A DNA stretch of 64,000 nucleotides from an uncultured Solirubrobacteraceae bacterium (GCA_964588985.1 CAZPQW010000003.1:121393-185392); one strand, 5' to 3'; positions 35,188-46,632 are shown, counted from the first letter of the stretch. Notes: generated by a model not told the origin, from the sequence alone. Program-made: numbers and translations.

Positions 35188-36482
35188 TGCTCGAGGAGCG
35201 CCCGTCGGATCATGTGCAGCGCCACCGTCGTCGCCCGGTCGCGCACGTCCGCCCTGCCGCCCGGCAGGCTCACAGAGCGCGTCATCGGCTCGCCGCCGTC
35301 CACCGCCACGCTCAGCCACACCAGGCCCACCGGCTTCTCCTCGCTGCCGCCTCCGGGCCCGGCCACGCCGGTGATTCCCACGCCCACGTCAGCTCCGAGA
35401 CGCGCCGCCGCGCCCGCCGCGAGCGCCTCGGCCACCTCCGCGGAGACCGCCCCGTGCTCCTCGATCAGCTCCCCGGGAACGCCCGCCTGTGCGACCTTCA
35501 CCGCGTTCGAATACGCCACGATCCCGCCCAGCACGTAGTCCGAGGAGCCCGCCAGCTCCGTCAGACGCCCCGCCAGCAGCCCGCCCGTACACGACTCCGC
35601 AGTAGCGATCGTGCGGAGCGGGCGATCGTTGGGATCACCTCTCAGCAGAGCCGCCACCTGCTCGTCGACGGTGCTCCCGTCCTCGGAGAAAAGCGTGTCC
35701 GCGTGGCGCGCTCGTACAACAGCCACGAACTCCTCATAAATATCTTCGACGTCCGGCTCGTAGCGCGTCACGATCTCCACCTCGCCGCGTTTCAGGCACG
35801 TCGTCACCTCCAGCTCGTCGAGCGCCACGCCGTCGCGTTCGGCCACGCGCAGGGTCTCCGCGATCTCCGACTCGGGGATCCCGAACAGGCGCATCGTGTG
35901 CTGGCGGTAGACCGTCGCGTCCGCCAGCACCGCACGCAACGCCTCGGTCTCGAGCGCCTGCGACCACATCGGCTGCAGCTCGCGCGGTGGGCCCGGCAGC
36001 ACCACCACCGTCGGGCCGGGGGTCTGCGTCGGCGGGACCACCAGCCCGGGCGCCGTGCCGACGGGCGCGAGCACCGTCGCGCCGTCGGGGATCGTCGCCT
36101 GCTTGCGGTTGCCCGCACGAACCGCCTCCATGTCGATGTTCGGCCAGCGTTTGGCGAGCGGACGCAGGATCTCCGCGATCTGCGCTTCCACAGCCTCGTC
36201 CACCACCATCTCACGGCCCTGGAACGCGCCCACGACCGCCGCCGTCATGTCGTCCGCGGTCGGCCCCAGGCCCCCGCTCGTGAGGATCACCCCCATCCCC
36301 TGCGCCGCCATGAACCGCAGCGCCCCGTCCATGTCCTCGGGCCGGTCCCCCACGATCGCCGTGTAGGCGAGGTCCACGCCGAGCTCGCGCAGCCGTTCTG
36401 CCAGCCACGGCCCGTTGCGGTCGCTCACGCGCCCCGTCAGCACCTCGGTGCCGGTGACGACGATGCCCGCGCGAAGGCTCAT
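35184..36482 (-). CDS. cinA: competence/damage-inducible protein CinA (MocF + PncC domains)
   Basis: GTEVLTG...[44 protein letters not shown]. Confidence 0.95.
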   Translation of the reverse strand: MSLRAGIVVTGTEVLTGRVSDRNGPWLAERLRELGVDLAYTAIVGDRPEDMDGALRFMAAQGMGVILTSGGLGPTADDMTAAVVGAFQGREMVVDEAVEAQIAEILRPLAKRWPNIDMEAVRAGNRKQATIPDGATVLAPVGTAPGLVVPPTQTPGPTVVVLPGPPRELQPMWSQALETEALRAVLADATVYRQHTMRLFGIPESEIAETLRVAERDGVALDELEVTTCLKRGEVEIVTRYEPDVEDIYEEFVAVVRARHADTLFSEDGSTVDEQVAALLRGDPNDRPLRTIATAESCTGGLLAGRLTELAGSSDYVLGGIVAYSNAVKVAQAGVPGELIEEHGAVSAEVAEALAAGAAARLGADVGVGITGVAGPGGGSEEKPVGLVWLSVAVDGGEPMTRSVSLPGGRADVRDRATTVALHMIRRALLEH

Positions 36483-36489
36483 AGCCCGC

Positions 36490-37296
36490 TCATTTGCACG
36501 ACGGCAGGTGCGCGGCGGAGAGCGTCTGGCGCCCGTGCGCCCTCGTGATCGAGTAGCCGATCGGTTCACTCGACGGCGGCACAGTCCGCGCGGTGCCGTC
36601 GAGATACAGCGTCACCGAGCTGTTGCCGAGGTTGAGATAGAAGTGCTTCGCGTGGTAGGTCCGCGTCGTTTCCCCGGCCGGCAGGACCAGCCCGGGGATC
36701 ACCTTGCGCCCGCCTTCGCCGAGCAGGCACACGTAGACCGGTCCGGTCGTCTTCAACGACAGGCTCACCAGCGAGCTGCCGGTGCTCGTGCTCGTGGCGG
36801 TCCGTGTCGCGCCAGCTTGCCGCTTCACGCGATGGGTTTTCGTGCGGACCGCGCTCGTGGAGGTGCTGGTCGTGTGTTTCTTCGAGCCGCCCCCACCTCC
36901 GCCCGTGATCAGCAGCACGATCAGCACCACGATCACCACGCCGATCGCGCCGACCGCAAACGTGTAGCCGCGCGACGGTCCGTTCGGGGCCTGCCGTCCA
37001 CGGCCGCTGCCTGGATTGCGCTGCGGCTTGGAGACGATCGGCTCGAGCATCATGTCGCTCGAGCGCTCGTGTTCGAGGCGGTATTCCTCCACCAGCGCCT
37101 TGCCGTCGAGGTCCAGTGCCTGCGCGTAGGTGCGCAGGAAGCTCTTCACGAACGTAGGCCCGGGCAGCAGACCCCACTCTTCGTTCTCGAGCGCGCGCAG
37201 GTACTTGGCGCGGATCTTCGTCTGCGCCTCGATCTCCGACACGTCGATACGAGCGCGCATACGCGCCTCGCGTAGCGTTGCTCCGATCTCGGGCAT
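36490..37296 (-). CDS. rodZ: RodZ-like HTH / DUF4115 membrane protein
   Basis: [35 protein letters not shown] helix; next to ftsK. Confidence 0.85.
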   Translation of the reverse strand: MPEIGATLREARMRARIDVSEIEAQTKIRAKYLRALENEEWGLLPGPTFVKSFLRTYAQALDLDGKALVEEYRLEHERSSDMMLEPIVSKPQRNPGSGRGRQAPNGPSRGYTFAVGAIGVVIVVLIVLLITGGGGGGSKKHTTSTSTSAVRTKTHRVKRQAGATRTATSTSTGSSLVSLSLKTTGPVYVCLLGEGGRKVIPGLVLPAGETTRTYHAKHFYLNLGNSSVTLYLDGTARTVPPSSEPIGYSITRAHGRQTLSAAHLPSCK

Positions 37297-37307
37297 CAGG
37301 CGAGAGG

Positions 37308-39821
37308 CTAGTCGCTGAGCGTCGGCGTGGCCGTCTGGGTGGGCGACTCGAGCGCCGCGAGCACCCGCGGAAGCTCCGCCTCGGTGATCAGCACCTGTCG
37401 CGGCTTGGAGCCCTCATAGCCCGAGATCACACCCCTGCGCTCGAGCATGTCGATCATCCGGCCCGCCCGCGTATAGCCGAGACGCAGGCGCCGCTGGAGC
37501 ATCGAGGTGGAGGCCGTCTGCATCTCCGCCACCAGCGTGATCGCGTCCCTCAGCAGCGGATCCTCGTCCGGGTCGAACTCGTCCGGCCCGCTCTCCGGTG
37601 TGTCCGGCTCGACCTGCTCGAGCAGCTCCTCGCGCAGTTCCGGCTCGCCCTGACGGCGCCACAGGTCGGTCAGCTTCGCGATCTGCGCCTCGTCGATGTA
37701 GGCGCCCTGGATGCGCTGCAGGCGCGAGCTACCGACTGGGCTGAACAGCATGTCGCCCTGCCCCAGCAGCGACTCCGCGCCGTTCTGGTCGAGGATCACC
37801 CGCGAGTCCGTCTGCGAGGAGACCGCGAACGCGATCCGCGAGGGCACGTTCGCCTTGATCATGCCGGTGATCACGTCCACGCGCGGCGACTGCGTGGCCA
37901 GCACCAGATGGATACCGACCGCGCGTGCCTTCTGCGCGAGGCGGATGATCGAGTCCTCCACGTCGGCGGGCGCGACCATCATCAGGTCCGCGAGCTCGTC
38001 GATCACGCAGAGGATGTAAGGGAGAGGGGCTTCACCCCTCTTGGCTCGGGCAGCGTTCAGCTCGACCAAGCCGCGCGTCCGCGCCAGGGACATAATCCCG
38101 TAGCGCTGCTCCATCTCCTTCACGAGGTTCTGCAGCGCGTTCGCCGCCATCCGCGGGCTCGTGATCACGGGCGTCAGCAGGTGCGGGATCGACTCGTAGT
38201 GGTTCAGCTCCACCTGCTTCGGGTCGACCAGCACGAGTCGCACCTCGTGCGGCGTCGCGCGCAGCAGGATGCTCGACAGCATCGCGTTGATCGCGCCGGA
38301 CTTGCCCGCGCCGGTGGTGCCCGCGACGAGGATGTGGGGCATCTTCGCGAGATCCGCGCCGATCGCCTTGCCGGCCACGTCCTTGCCGAGCCACACCGTC
38401 AGCGGCGACCAGTCCTTCGGCGGCTCCTGGAAGACGTCGCCGAGGCGCACCATCTTGCGGTGCACGTTCGGGACCTCCACGCCCACTGCCTGCTTGCCGG
38501 GGATCGGCGCGAGGATGCGGATGTCGGTCGCCGCGAGCGCGTACGCGAGGTCGTCCTTCAGCTGCGCCACCTTCCCCACCTTCGTGCCGGGCGCGAGACG
38601 CAGCTCGTAGCGGGTGATGTGCGGCCCCGCGACTGTGCCGATCACCTTCGAGTCGACGCCGAAGTGCCCGAGCGCCTCCACGAGGCTCGTCGCCGTCTTC
38701 TCCTGCCCCGCGGTGTCTGGGCGCGTCTGCTCGCTCGTCGAGCGCGTCAGCAGCTTCTGCGCGGGCGGCAGCTGCCACACGAAGTTCGGGTCATCGGTGA
38801 CCGCGCCGCGCAGCCTGCCCTGTGGAGTCAAGTCGGCCGGGTCGGCGTGCGCCACGCCCGCGATCGCCTCCTCCTCGACGTCTTCGCCGTCCAGCTCCGG
38901 CGGCTCGGCGTCCTCTCGGTCGCCGGTCGCAGAACGCGGATCCGTAGCGTCGTCCTCGGGTTCCGTCTCGTCGCGCCAGTCGTGCGACGGAGCCTCCACG
39001 TGGGTGGCGCGCACGATCAGCTCCTCCGGCGCCGGCTCGGGCACCAGCATCGGCTCCTCGCCATCTGCGTCGTCGAAAGCGCTCGTGCGGGACCGGCGCG
39101 CAGGTGATGCAGGAGCCTCGCGCTCACTCAGCCGGCTGACCATCCGCGTGGTGTCGATCAGCCCGTTGCCGGTCGCGCGGATCGCGCTCGCGAGCGACGC
39201 CCCGGTGAGCAGGATCACGCCTGTGAGCAGCAGGAACACCACGAGGATGTCCACCCCCACGGTCTGCACGAGGCGATTGGAGAGCTCGTAGATCGCCTGG
39301 CCGGCGATGCCTCCGTGCGACTGCAGATGCGCGGAGGTCCACGCCTGCGCCTCGCGCCCCGGACCCGAGCTGAGACCGAGCGTGCCGGCCGCGAGCGCGA
39401 GCGTCACAGACGCGAACACGCACACCGCGCCCGCGCGAAGCGGACGCAGCGCGGGCAACACCGGGCGCATCAGCAACGCGCCACCGCCGATGAACAGCGT
39501 CACCGGCGCGAGCACGCGCGCCCGGCCGAGCGTCCAGCCGAACGCGACCGCGAGACCGTGTCCGGCGCGGCCGCCGTTCCATTCGCCGTACAGGACGAAC
39601 CCCATGAAGATCCCGCACGCCATCAGCGCGAGGCCGAGGATGTCGCGCTCGCGCTGGTTGAGCACCGGCAGGCGCGGAAGCGCGAACAGCTCGCCCAGGC
39701 TCACCTGCTTGCGCGTCTTGCGCCGCGAGCGAGGACGAGAGGACGACCGCGAGCGTGCCCCGGTGGAGCGTTTGGCGGCGGGTTTACGTGACGCGGGAGC
39801 GCGTTTGCGGGCAGGTGCCAT
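37308..39821 (-). CDS. ftsK: DNA translocase FtsK
   Basis: N-terminal TMs, PHILVAGTTGAGKS, IDELADLM, RAVGIHLVLATQ, gamma domain STSMLQRRLRLGYTRAGR. Confidence 0.97.
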   Translation of the reverse strand: MAPARKRAPASRKPAAKRSTGARSRSSSRPRSRRKTRKQVSLGELFALPRLPVLNQRERDILGLALMACGIFMGFVLYGEWNGGRAGHGLAVAFGWTLGRARVLAPVTLFIGGGALLMRPVLPALRPLRAGAVCVFASVTLALAAGTLGLSSGPGREAQAWTSAHLQSHGGIAGQAIYELSNRLVQTVGVDILVVFLLLTGVILLTGASLASAIRATGNGLIDTTRMVSRLSEREAPASPARRSRTSAFDDADGEEPMLVPEPAPEELIVRATHVEAPSHDWRDETEPEDDATDPRSATGDREDAEPPELDGEDVEEEAIAGVAHADPADLTPQGRLRGAVTDDPNFVWQLPPAQKLLTRSTSEQTRPDTAGQEKTATSLVEALGHFGVDSKVIGTVAGPHITRYELRLAPGTKVGKVAQLKDDLAYALAATDIRILAPIPGKQAVGVEVPNVHRKMVRLGDVFQEPPKDWSPLTVWLGKDVAGKAIGADLAKMPHILVAGTTGAGKSGAINAMLSSILLRATPHEVRLVLVDPKQVELNHYESIPHLLTPVITSPRMAANALQNLVKEMEQRYGIMSLARTRGLVELNAARAKRGEAPLPYILCVIDELADLMMVAPADVEDSIIRLAQKARAVGIHLVLATQSPRVDVITGMIKANVPSRIAFAVSSQTDSRVILDQNGAESLLGQGDMLFSPVGSSRLQRIQGAYIDEAQIAKLTDLWRRQGEPELREELLEQVEPDTPESGPDEFDPDEDPLLRDAITLVAEMQTASTSMLQRRLRLGYTRAGRMIDMLERRGVISGYEGSKPRQVLITEAELPRVLAALESPTQTATPTLSD

Positions 39822-39903
39822 GAGGCGCAACTTCGACGCCAACGCCTCGGAACCTGCCTCGGCCCCTTACCATCGCTTTACGCGATCCATCTAAATAAAG
39901 ATC

Positions 39904-40590
39904 ATGAACGACTTCTCCAGAGCACCGCGCGTCCTGGTGGTTGAGGACGACGAGGACATCGCCCAGGCACTCCAGCGTTCGCTGCGGATGGAGGGCTACG
40001 AGGTGCGCACCTCCCCCGACGGCGCCGACGCCCTCGAGCAGGGCCGCACATTCGCGCCGGATCTCGTGATCCTCGACCTCGGCCTGCCGAAGATCGACGG
40101 CGTGGAGGTGGCGCGCGAGCTGCGCGGCGAGGACGACGTGCCGATCCTGATCCTCACCGCCCGCGACGCGCTCGAGTCGCGCGTCGAGGGCCTCGACGCG
40201 GGCGCGGACGACTACCTCGTCAAGCCGTTCGAGCGCCAGGAGCTGCTCGCGCGGATGCGCGCGCTGCTGCGCCGCCGCCCACCGCGGGGCTCCGCCCCGC
40301 TGCGCGTCGCGGATCTGCTGCTCAACTCCGACACCCACGAGGTCACGCGCGGCGAGCGCGCGATCGAGCTGACCCAGCGTGAGTTCGAGCTGCTCGAGTA
40401 CCTGATGCGCAACGAGCGCATCGTCATCTCCCGCCAGCGCCTGCTCGACGACGTGTGGGGCTACGACCCGTTCTCCACGACGAACACGATCGAGGTGTTC
40501 GTGTCGAACCTCCGCCGCAAGCTCGAGGCCGAGGGCGAGCCGCGCCTGCTGCACACGATCAGGGGAGCCGGGTACGTCCTTCGCGCCTAG
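39904..40590 (+). CDS. OmpR-family response regulator (MprA-like)
   Basis: VVEDD, LDLGLP, GADDYLVKPF, LTQREFELL, IEVFVSNLRRK, TIRGAGY. Confidence 0.95.
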   Translation: MNDFSRAPRVLVVEDDEDIAQALQRSLRMEGYEVRTSPDGADALEQGRTFAPDLVILDLGLPKIDGVEVARELRGEDDVPILILTARDALESRVEGLDAGADDYLVKPFERQELLARMRALLRRRPPRGSAPLRVADLLLNSDTHEVTRGERAIELTQREFELLEYLMRNERIVISRQRLLDDVWGYDPFSTTNTIEVFVSNLRRKLEAEGEPRLLHTIRGAGYVLRA

Positions 40591-40624
40591 TCCCCGGCTG
40601 CCGCCCGTCGCGCGCGGGCCCCTG

Positions 40625-42055
40625 ATGCGCCTGTCGGCGAGCTTCGACAGGCTCCCCATTCGCGTGCGCCTCGCGAGCGTCTCTGCGCTGCTGACGTTCG
40701 TGATCCTGTGCGGGTTCGCGGTCGCGATCGGCTCGCTGACCGTCCACCGGATCCGCTCGGACTTCAACCACGAGGTCCAGGACACCGCCGACCAGCTCGC
40801 CACCCAGCTGCGGATCACGATCCCGCCGCTGAAGATCGAACCCGCGCTGAGCTACTTCGCGTCGAAATCCGAGCACGCGATCATCAGGATCCTCACGCCG
40901 GGAGCGAGAGGCGACGTGATCGCATCCCAGCCCCGCAACGCGCCCTCGCTCGGCGAACCGCAGTTCGGCGCTCGTACCGTGCGCGGCTACCGGGTCCTGA
41001 GCCGCACCGCGCTCGTGTACGACAACGGCGAGCCGATCGGGCACGTGATCATCGAGTACGGCCGCCAGGTCTCAGAACCGGAGGCGACGGTCAAACGCGT
41101 CGAGCTGTTCCTGCTGCTCGGCGTGCTCGCCGGCACCGCGCTCGCGCTGCTCGCGGGCATGGCGATCGCGCGCCGGGCGATGGCGCCGATCGCCGAGCTC
41201 ACGACCACCGCGGCGGAGATCGCGCGCACCCGCGACCCGTCCCTCGGCATCCCCCAGTCCGAGGCCGACGACGAGGTGGCCGAACTGGCGCGCACGCTCG
41301 AGGGCATGCTCGGCGAGCTCGACGCCGCGCGCGGGGAGACCGAGGCGATGCTCGCGCGTCAGCGCCAGTTCGTCGCCGACGCCTCCCACGAGCTGCGCAC
41401 GCCGCTCACCAGCGTGCTCGCGAACCTCGAGCTGCTCGCGGAATCGCTGCACGGCGACGAGGGCGAGGCGGCCAGCTCCGCGCTGCGCTCCTCGCGGCGC
41501 ATGCGCCGCCTCGTCGGCGACCTCCTGCTGCTCGCCCGCACCGACGCGGCGCGAGTGCAGGCGCGCGAGCCGTGCGACCTCGCGCAGACCGTCATCGAGG
41601 CGGCCGGCGAGCTCGGGTCGGTGAGCACCGAGCACGAGATCTCACTCGACGCGCAGCCGGCGGTCGTGATGGGCGCCCGCGACGACCTCCACCGCCTGAC
41701 GATCAACCTGATCGAGAACGCCATCCGCCACACGCCGCCCGCGACCGAGATCCGGGTCGCGACGCGCACCACCGCCGACGGGCACGCGGAGCTGGTGGTC
41801 GAGGACGACGGTCCCGGCATACCCGAGGAGCTCGCCGCGACGCTGTTCGAGCGCTTCGTGCGCGGCGCCGGCGACCGCGGCGGCTCGTTCGGGCTGGGCC
41901 TTGCGATCGTGCACGCCGTGGCCGTCGCGCACGGCGGGACGGTCAGGTGCGAGCGGTCCACGAAGGGCAGCGGAGCGCGCTTCGTCGTGCGACTGCCGGC
42001 GATGCCGGTCCAGCAGACAGCGGCAACGGCGCCGGCCGCTTCGACGGCGGGTTAG
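40625..42055 (+). CDS. HAMP-domain sensor histidine kinase
   Basis: Two TMs, HAMP, DASHELRTPL, NLIENAIRH, DDGPG, FERF, GLGL. Confidence 0.95.
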   Translation: MRLSASFDRLPIRVRLASVSALLTFVILCGFAVAIGSLTVHRIRSDFNHEVQDTADQLATQLRITIPPLKIEPALSYFASKSEHAIIRILTPGARGDVIASQPRNAPSLGEPQFGARTVRGYRVLSRTALVYDNGEPIGHVIIEYGRQVSEPEATVKRVELFLLLGVLAGTALALLAGMAIARRAMAPIAELTTTAAEIARTRDPSLGIPQSEADDEVAELARTLEGMLGELDAARGETEAMLARQRQFVADASHELRTPLTSVLANLELLAESLHGDEGEAASSALRSSRRMRRLVGDLLLLARTDAARVQAREPCDLAQTVIEAAGELGSVSTEHEISLDAQPAVVMGARDDLHRLTINLIENAIRHTPPATEIRVATRTTADGHAELVVEDDGPGIPEELAATLFERFVRGAGDRGGSFGLGLAIVHAVAVAHGGTVRCERSTKGSGARFVVRLPAMPVQQTAATAPAASTAG

Positions 42056-43719
42056 ACCTCGACGACGACGGGCAGGACCATCGGCCGTCGCTTGAGACGG
42101 TCGTAGACGAGCTTCGCGAGGTCGTCGTGCAGCGTCTGCTGCAGGACGTCGACCTCACGGATCCCCTCTTTGGCGGCGTGCGCGAGCGAGCGTTCAACGG
42201 TCAGGCGGATCTCCTCGACGAGCTTGTCGGCCTCGTCCTGGAAGGGCACGCCGCGGAAGATCACCTCCGGGTCGGCGACCGAGCTGCCGTCGTCCTCGGC
42301 GATCGTGACGACCACGATGAAGATCCCATCCGCGGAGAGCATCCGCCGGTCGCGCAGCGCCGCATCGGCCATCTCGCCGATCTCCACGCCATCCACGAAG
42401 ATCATCCCCGACTGCTCGCGCGAGCCGAAGCGCGCGCCGCGCTCGGTGATGTCGAGCGGCAGACCGTTGTCGCCCTGGAAGATGTCCTCCGGCGGCACCC
42501 CGACCGCTTCGGCGAGCTGGGCGTGCAGCCGCAGCCGCTTGAAGTCGCCGTGGAACGGCATCACGTAGCGGGGCTTGACGAGGTTGAGCATCAGCTTGAC
42601 CTCCTCCGCGTAGCCGTGGCCGGAGGCGTGCACCGGGGCCTCGCGCGGCGTGATCACGTCGCAGCCGACGTGGTAGAGGCGGTCGATCGTCTCGTTGACC
42701 GCGCGCTCGTTGCCGGGGATCGGGGTCGCTGAGAACACGACCGTGTCGCCGCTCTTGAGCTCCACCTGGCGGTGGTCGCGGTAGGCCATGCGCCGCAGCG
42801 CCGACAGCGGCTCACCCTGGGAGCCGGTGGAGATGATCACGACACGCTCGTCGGGAAAGTCGTTGATCTCGCGCGGGCCCACGAGCATCCCGTCGGGGAT
42901 CTCGATGTGGCCGAGGGTGCGTCCGATGCCGACGTTCTTGCGCATCGAGCGGCCCACGAGCGCGACCTTGCGCCCGAGCGCCTCGGCGGCGTCGACGACC
43001 TGCTGGACGCGGTGGATGTTCGACGCGAAGCTCGTCACCACGATCCGGCCCTCGCAGCGCGCGAAGACCTCCTCAAGGTGCGGCCCCACGACCGACTCCG
43101 ACGGCGAGAAGCCCTCGCGGTCAACATTCGTGGAGTCGCCGCACAGCAGCAGCACGCCCTCGCGTCCGAGCTCCGCCAAACGCGAGACGTCCGCCGGCGC
43201 GCCGTCGACGGGCGTCTGGTCGAACTTGTAGTCGCCGGTGATCAGCACCGTGCCGAGCTCGGTGCCGAGCGCCACGGCGCTGGAGTCGGGGATCGAGTGC
43301 GTCATGTGCACGAGCTCGAGCGAGAACGGCCCGACCTCGAGCACTTCGCCCGGTTCGACCTCGTTGAGCTGGACGTTCTTGAGCTTGTGCTCCTCGAGCT
43401 TGGAGCGCGCCATCGCGGTCGTCAGCGGGCCGCCGTAGACGGGGGCGTCGAGACGGTCGCCGAGCTCGCGCAGGACCCACGGGAGCGCCCCCAGGTGGTC
43501 CTCGTGGCCGTGTGTGATGACGATCGCCTCGATGTCCTCCGCGCGCTCGCGCAGATAGGCGAAGTCCGGCAGCACGAGGTCGATCCCGACCATCTCGGGC
43601 GTCGGGAAGCGCAGTCCCACGTCGACCACCACGATGCGACCGTCCTGCTCGACGACGGTCATGTTCTTGCCTATCTCCCCCAGCCCTCCGAGGGGCAGGA
43701 CGCGCAGCTTGGAGCTCAC
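42052..43719 (-). CDS. rnj: ribonuclease J
   Basis: PLGGLGEIGKNM, THGHEDH, HSIPD, GSQGEP, HASGH. Confidence 0.97.
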   Translation of the reverse strand: MSSKLRVLPLGGLGEIGKNMTVVEQDGRIVVVDVGLRFPTPEMVGIDLVLPDFAYLRERAEDIEAIVITHGHEDHLGALPWVLRELGDRLDAPVYGGPLTTAMARSKLEEHKLKNVQLNEVEPGEVLEVGPFSLELVHMTHSIPDSSAVALGTELGTVLITGDYKFDQTPVDGAPADVSRLAELGREGVLLLCGDSTNVDREGFSPSESVVGPHLEEVFARCEGRIVVTSFASNIHRVQQVVDAAEALGRKVALVGRSMRKNVGIGRTLGHIEIPDGMLVGPREINDFPDERVVIISTGSQGEPLSALRRMAYRDHRQVELKSGDTVVFSATPIPGNERAVNETIDRLYHVGCDVITPREAPVHASGHGYAEEVKLMLNLVKPRYVMPFHGDFKRLRLHAQLAEAVGVPPEDIFQGDNGLPLDITERGARFGSREQSGMIFVDGVEIGEMADAALRDRRMLSADGIFIVVVTIAEDDGSSVADPEVIFRGVPFQDEADKLVEEIRLTVERSLAHAAKEGIREVDVLQQTLHDDLAKLVYDRLKRRPMVLPVVVEV

Positions 43720-44579
43720 GCGTGTGCGCTCGAAACTGACAACAGGCCGTGGCGCTCGAGCATCGCGCGCACAGCCGCGGTCTCCTGCTCGGTGGCCTCG
43801 ACGATCGGCAGGCGCACTCCGCCCACGTTGTGGCCCAGGAGGTTCAGCGCGGCCTTCGTGCACGTCGGGCTGGCGGTGAGGTACAGGGTCTCGTAGACGT
43901 CCTTGAGCGACGCGTCGATCTCGGCGCGGTTCTCGGGCTCGCTCACCATCCGCTGCATCTCGTTGCCGACGATGTGGCTGGAGACGCAGATGCCCCCCGC
44001 TCCGCCGATGTCGAGCGTGCGCGCGAAGGAGGAGTCGTCGCCCGCGTAGAGCGCGAGGCCGTCGATCAGTTGCAGCTCCTCGGCGTTGGCCTGCTTGACG
44101 CCCTCGATCCCGTCGATCTGGGCGAGCTCGGCGAGGAGGTCGGGGCCGATGTTCGTGGCGGTGCGTCCTGGGATGTTGTAGAGGATGACCGGTTTGTCGG
44201 TGGCGGCCGCGACGGCTTCGTAGTGGCGCAGCAGCCCGAGGCGGCTCGGCTTGTTGTAGTAGGGGGTGACCGACAGGGTCGCGTCGACGCCGAGCGCGGT
44301 CGCGCGCTCGGTCAGGTGGACGGCCTGGCGCGTGTCGTTCGTGCCGGTGCCCGCCACGATCGTGGCGCCCTCCGGACGCTCGGCGACGGCGAGCTCGATC
44401 AGCCCAAGCTGCTCCTGCTCGGTCATGGTGGACGCCTCGCCGGTGGTGCCGGCCACGACGAACCCGTCCGAGCCGTTCTTCGCGAGATGTCGCATCAGCG
44501 CGACGAAGGCATCCTCGTTGACGTTGCCCTGCTCGTCGAACGGGGTCACGATCGCCGTGAGGATGGTGCCGAGGTTCAT
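43716..44579 (-). CDS. dapA: 4-hydroxy-tetrahydrodipicolinate synthase
   Basis: TAIVTPF, GTTGE, TPYYNKP, YNIPGRT, GVKQA. Confidence 0.96.
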   Translation of the reverse strand: MNLGTILTAIVTPFDEQGNVNEDAFVALMRHLAKNGSDGFVVAGTTGEASTMTEQEQLGLIELAVAERPEGATIVAGTGTNDTRQAVHLTERATALGVDATLSVTPYYNKPSRLGLLRHYEAVAAATDKPVILYNIPGRTATNIGPDLLAELAQIDGIEGVKQANAEELQLIDGLALYAGDDSSFARTLDIGGAGGICVSSHIVGNEMQRMVSEPENRAEIDASLKDVYETLYLTASPTCTKAALNLLGHNVGGVRLPIVEATEQETAAVRAMLERHGLLSVSSAHA

Positions 44580-44607
44580 GTTCGTGAGTATCTCATGCGC
44601 GGGTGGC

Positions 44608-45288
44608 TCAGAAGAGCAGGTTCTCCAACCCCACGACGGGGGATTGCTCGAGCGTGCCGACTCGGCGCACGGCGAGCAGCACTCCGGGCATGAACGACTC
44701 GCGGCTGATCGTGTCGTGGCGGATCGTGAGCGTCTGGCCGAGATCCCCGAGGATCACCTCCTGGTTGGCCACGAGCCCCGGCAGGCGCACCGAGTGGATC
44801 GGCGGCGCGGGCTTCCCGCTCGCGGCTGCCATCAGCTCGGCGGTGCGGGCGGCCGTGCCACTCGGCGCGTCGAGCTTGCGATCGTGGTGCAGCTCGATGA
44901 TCTCCGCCTTCTCCATGTACTTCGCCGCCTGTTCGGCGAAGCGCATCATCAAGACCGCGCCGATCGCGAAGTTGGGGGCGATCAGCACGTTGCCCGGCTC
45001 GTGCCCGTCGGCGGCTGTCACGTTCTGCAACGGCGCGGGATCGAAGCCGGTCGTTCCTATCACGACGTGCACGCCGGCCTTTACGCACGCGAGCGCGTTC
45101 GGTAGGGCCGTGTCGGGCTGGGTGAAGTCGACCACCACCTGCGGCGCCAACCCGAGCACATCCTCGAGCGTCGTTTCCAGCAGCGGGTCGGCGCGGCCGA
45201 CGAGCTCCATGTCCTCAGCGCCCAGCACCGCCTCGCAGACGGTCTGGCCCATGCGCCCCGCGGCGCCCGTCACGGCGACCTTGATCAC
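44608..45288 (-). CDS. dapB: 4-hydroxy-tetrahydrodipicolinate reductase
   Basis: GAAGRMG, VIGTTG, APNFAIG, ELHHDRKLDAPSGTA. Confidence 0.97.
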   Translation of the reverse strand: MIKVAVTGAAGRMGQTVCEAVLGAEDMELVGRADPLLETTLEDVLGLAPQVVVDFTQPDTALPNALACVKAGVHVVIGTTGFDPAPLQNVTAADGHEPGNVLIAPNFAIGAVLMMRFAEQAAKYMEKAEIIELHHDRKLDAPSGTAARTAELMAAASGKPAPPIHSVRLPGLVANQEVILGDLGQTLTIRHDTISRESFMPGVLLAVRRVGTLEQSPVVGLENLLF

Positions 45289-46619
45289 AGCGTTCCCGCC
45301 GCGATCGTGGAGCGCGACCCGGCGCCGGCTGCGGAGAGCGGCTCGATCGCGGCGAGGAATTTCTGCTCGTCAGGGCCGACGCCCGCCACTGAGAGCTGCT
45401 CGGGCGCGAACAGCTGCGCCGCGAGCTCGCGGACCTGCTCGATTGTGACCGAGTCGATTCGCTCGATCATCTCGTTGACCGACAGGATCGGCAGTCCGTT
45501 CATGACCGAGGAGCCGAGACGGCTCATGCGCGCCCCGGTCGACTCGAGCGCCAGCACCACACGGCCCTTGAGGTTCTCGCGGGAGCGGTTCAGCTCCTCC
45601 TCGCTGGCGGGGTCTTCGACGCACCGTTCGAGCTCCCCGGCGACCACCGCGAGCGCCTCGACGAGGTTCTCCGGGCGCGTGCCGACGTACAGCCCAACCT
45701 CGCCGGTGTGGGCGTACAGGTTCGAGTAGGAGAACACCGAGTAGGCGAGGCCCCGGCGCTCGCGGATCTCTTGGAAGAGCCGTGAGGAGGAGGTTCCGCC
45801 GAGGACCCCTTCGAGCACGCGCAGCGCGAAGCGCCGCTCGTCCTCGCGCCCGATGCCCGCGCCGCCGACGCACACGTGGTACTGCTCGGTGTCTTTCGCG
45901 AGGAACCGCACGCGGCGTTGGAAGTCCGGGTGCTGCTCGTTAGCGGCCCGAGCCGTGTCGGCTGCGTCCGAGGACGGGGCGTCTCGCTGCGCCCGCGCGG
46001 CCTCGACGACGCGGGCCATCTGCACGAGCTCGTCGTGGTCGACCGATCCGGCCGCCGCGATCACGATGTCGCCGGGCAGGTAGCGCTCGGAGTGGAACTG
46101 CGCAAGCTGCTCGCGCGTGACCGAGCCGACGACCTGCGCGGTGCCGATCACCGGGCGCCCGAGAGGATGCTCTCCGAAGATCGCTTTGCCGAGCACATCG
46201 AACACGCGATCCTGGGGATCGTCTTCGTACATCGCGATCTCCTCGAGCACGACCTCGCGCTCCGCGTCGAGTTCCCCAAAGCCGGGGTGCCAGATCATGT
46301 CGCTCATCACCGCGAACGCATGGTCGAGATGACGGTCGAGCACCCGCGTGTAGAGCGAGGTCGCTTCCTTGTCGGTGCCCGCGTTGATCTCCGCGCCCAT
46401 CGCGTCGAAGATCTGATCTATCTCCTCCGACCCGTAGCTCTCGGTGCCGCGGAACAGCATGTGCTCGAGCAGGTGCGAGATGCCCGCCTGCTCCTCGTGC
46501 TCGGAGACCGAGCCGGTGGCGATCCAGAAACCGAGCGCCACCGAGCGCACGCTGGGCACGCGCTCGGTGACGACCCGCACGCCGGACTCCAGCGTGGTGA
46601 TCTGATGCTCGGTGCTCAA
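45285..46619 (-). CDS. M16 (pitrilysin) family zinc peptidase
   Basis: GISHLLEHMLFRGT (HxxEH), SSRLFQEIRERRGLAYSV; TTG start inferred. Confidence 0.93.
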   Translation of the reverse strand: MSTEHQITTLESGVRVVTERVPSVRSVALGFWIATGSVSEHEEQAGISHLLEHMLFRGTESYGSEEIDQIFDAMGAEINAGTDKEATSLYTRVLDRHLDHAFAVMSDMIWHPGFGELDAEREVVLEEIAMYEDDPQDRVFDVLGKAIFGEHPLGRPVIGTAQVVGSVTREQLAQFHSERYLPGDIVIAAAGSVDHDELVQMARVVEAARAQRDAPSSDAADTARAANEQHPDFQRRVRFLAKDTEQYHVCVGGAGIGREDERRFALRVLEGVLGGTSSSRLFQEIRERRGLAYSVFSYSNLYAHTGEVGLYVGTRPENLVEALAVVAGELERCVEDPASEEELNRSRENLKGRVVLALESTGARMSRLGSSVMNGLPILSVNEMIERIDSVTIEQVRELAAQLFAPEQLSVAGVGPDEQKFLAAIEPLSAAGAGSRSTIAAGTL

Positions 46620-46632
46620 GCGACCCTCTGGG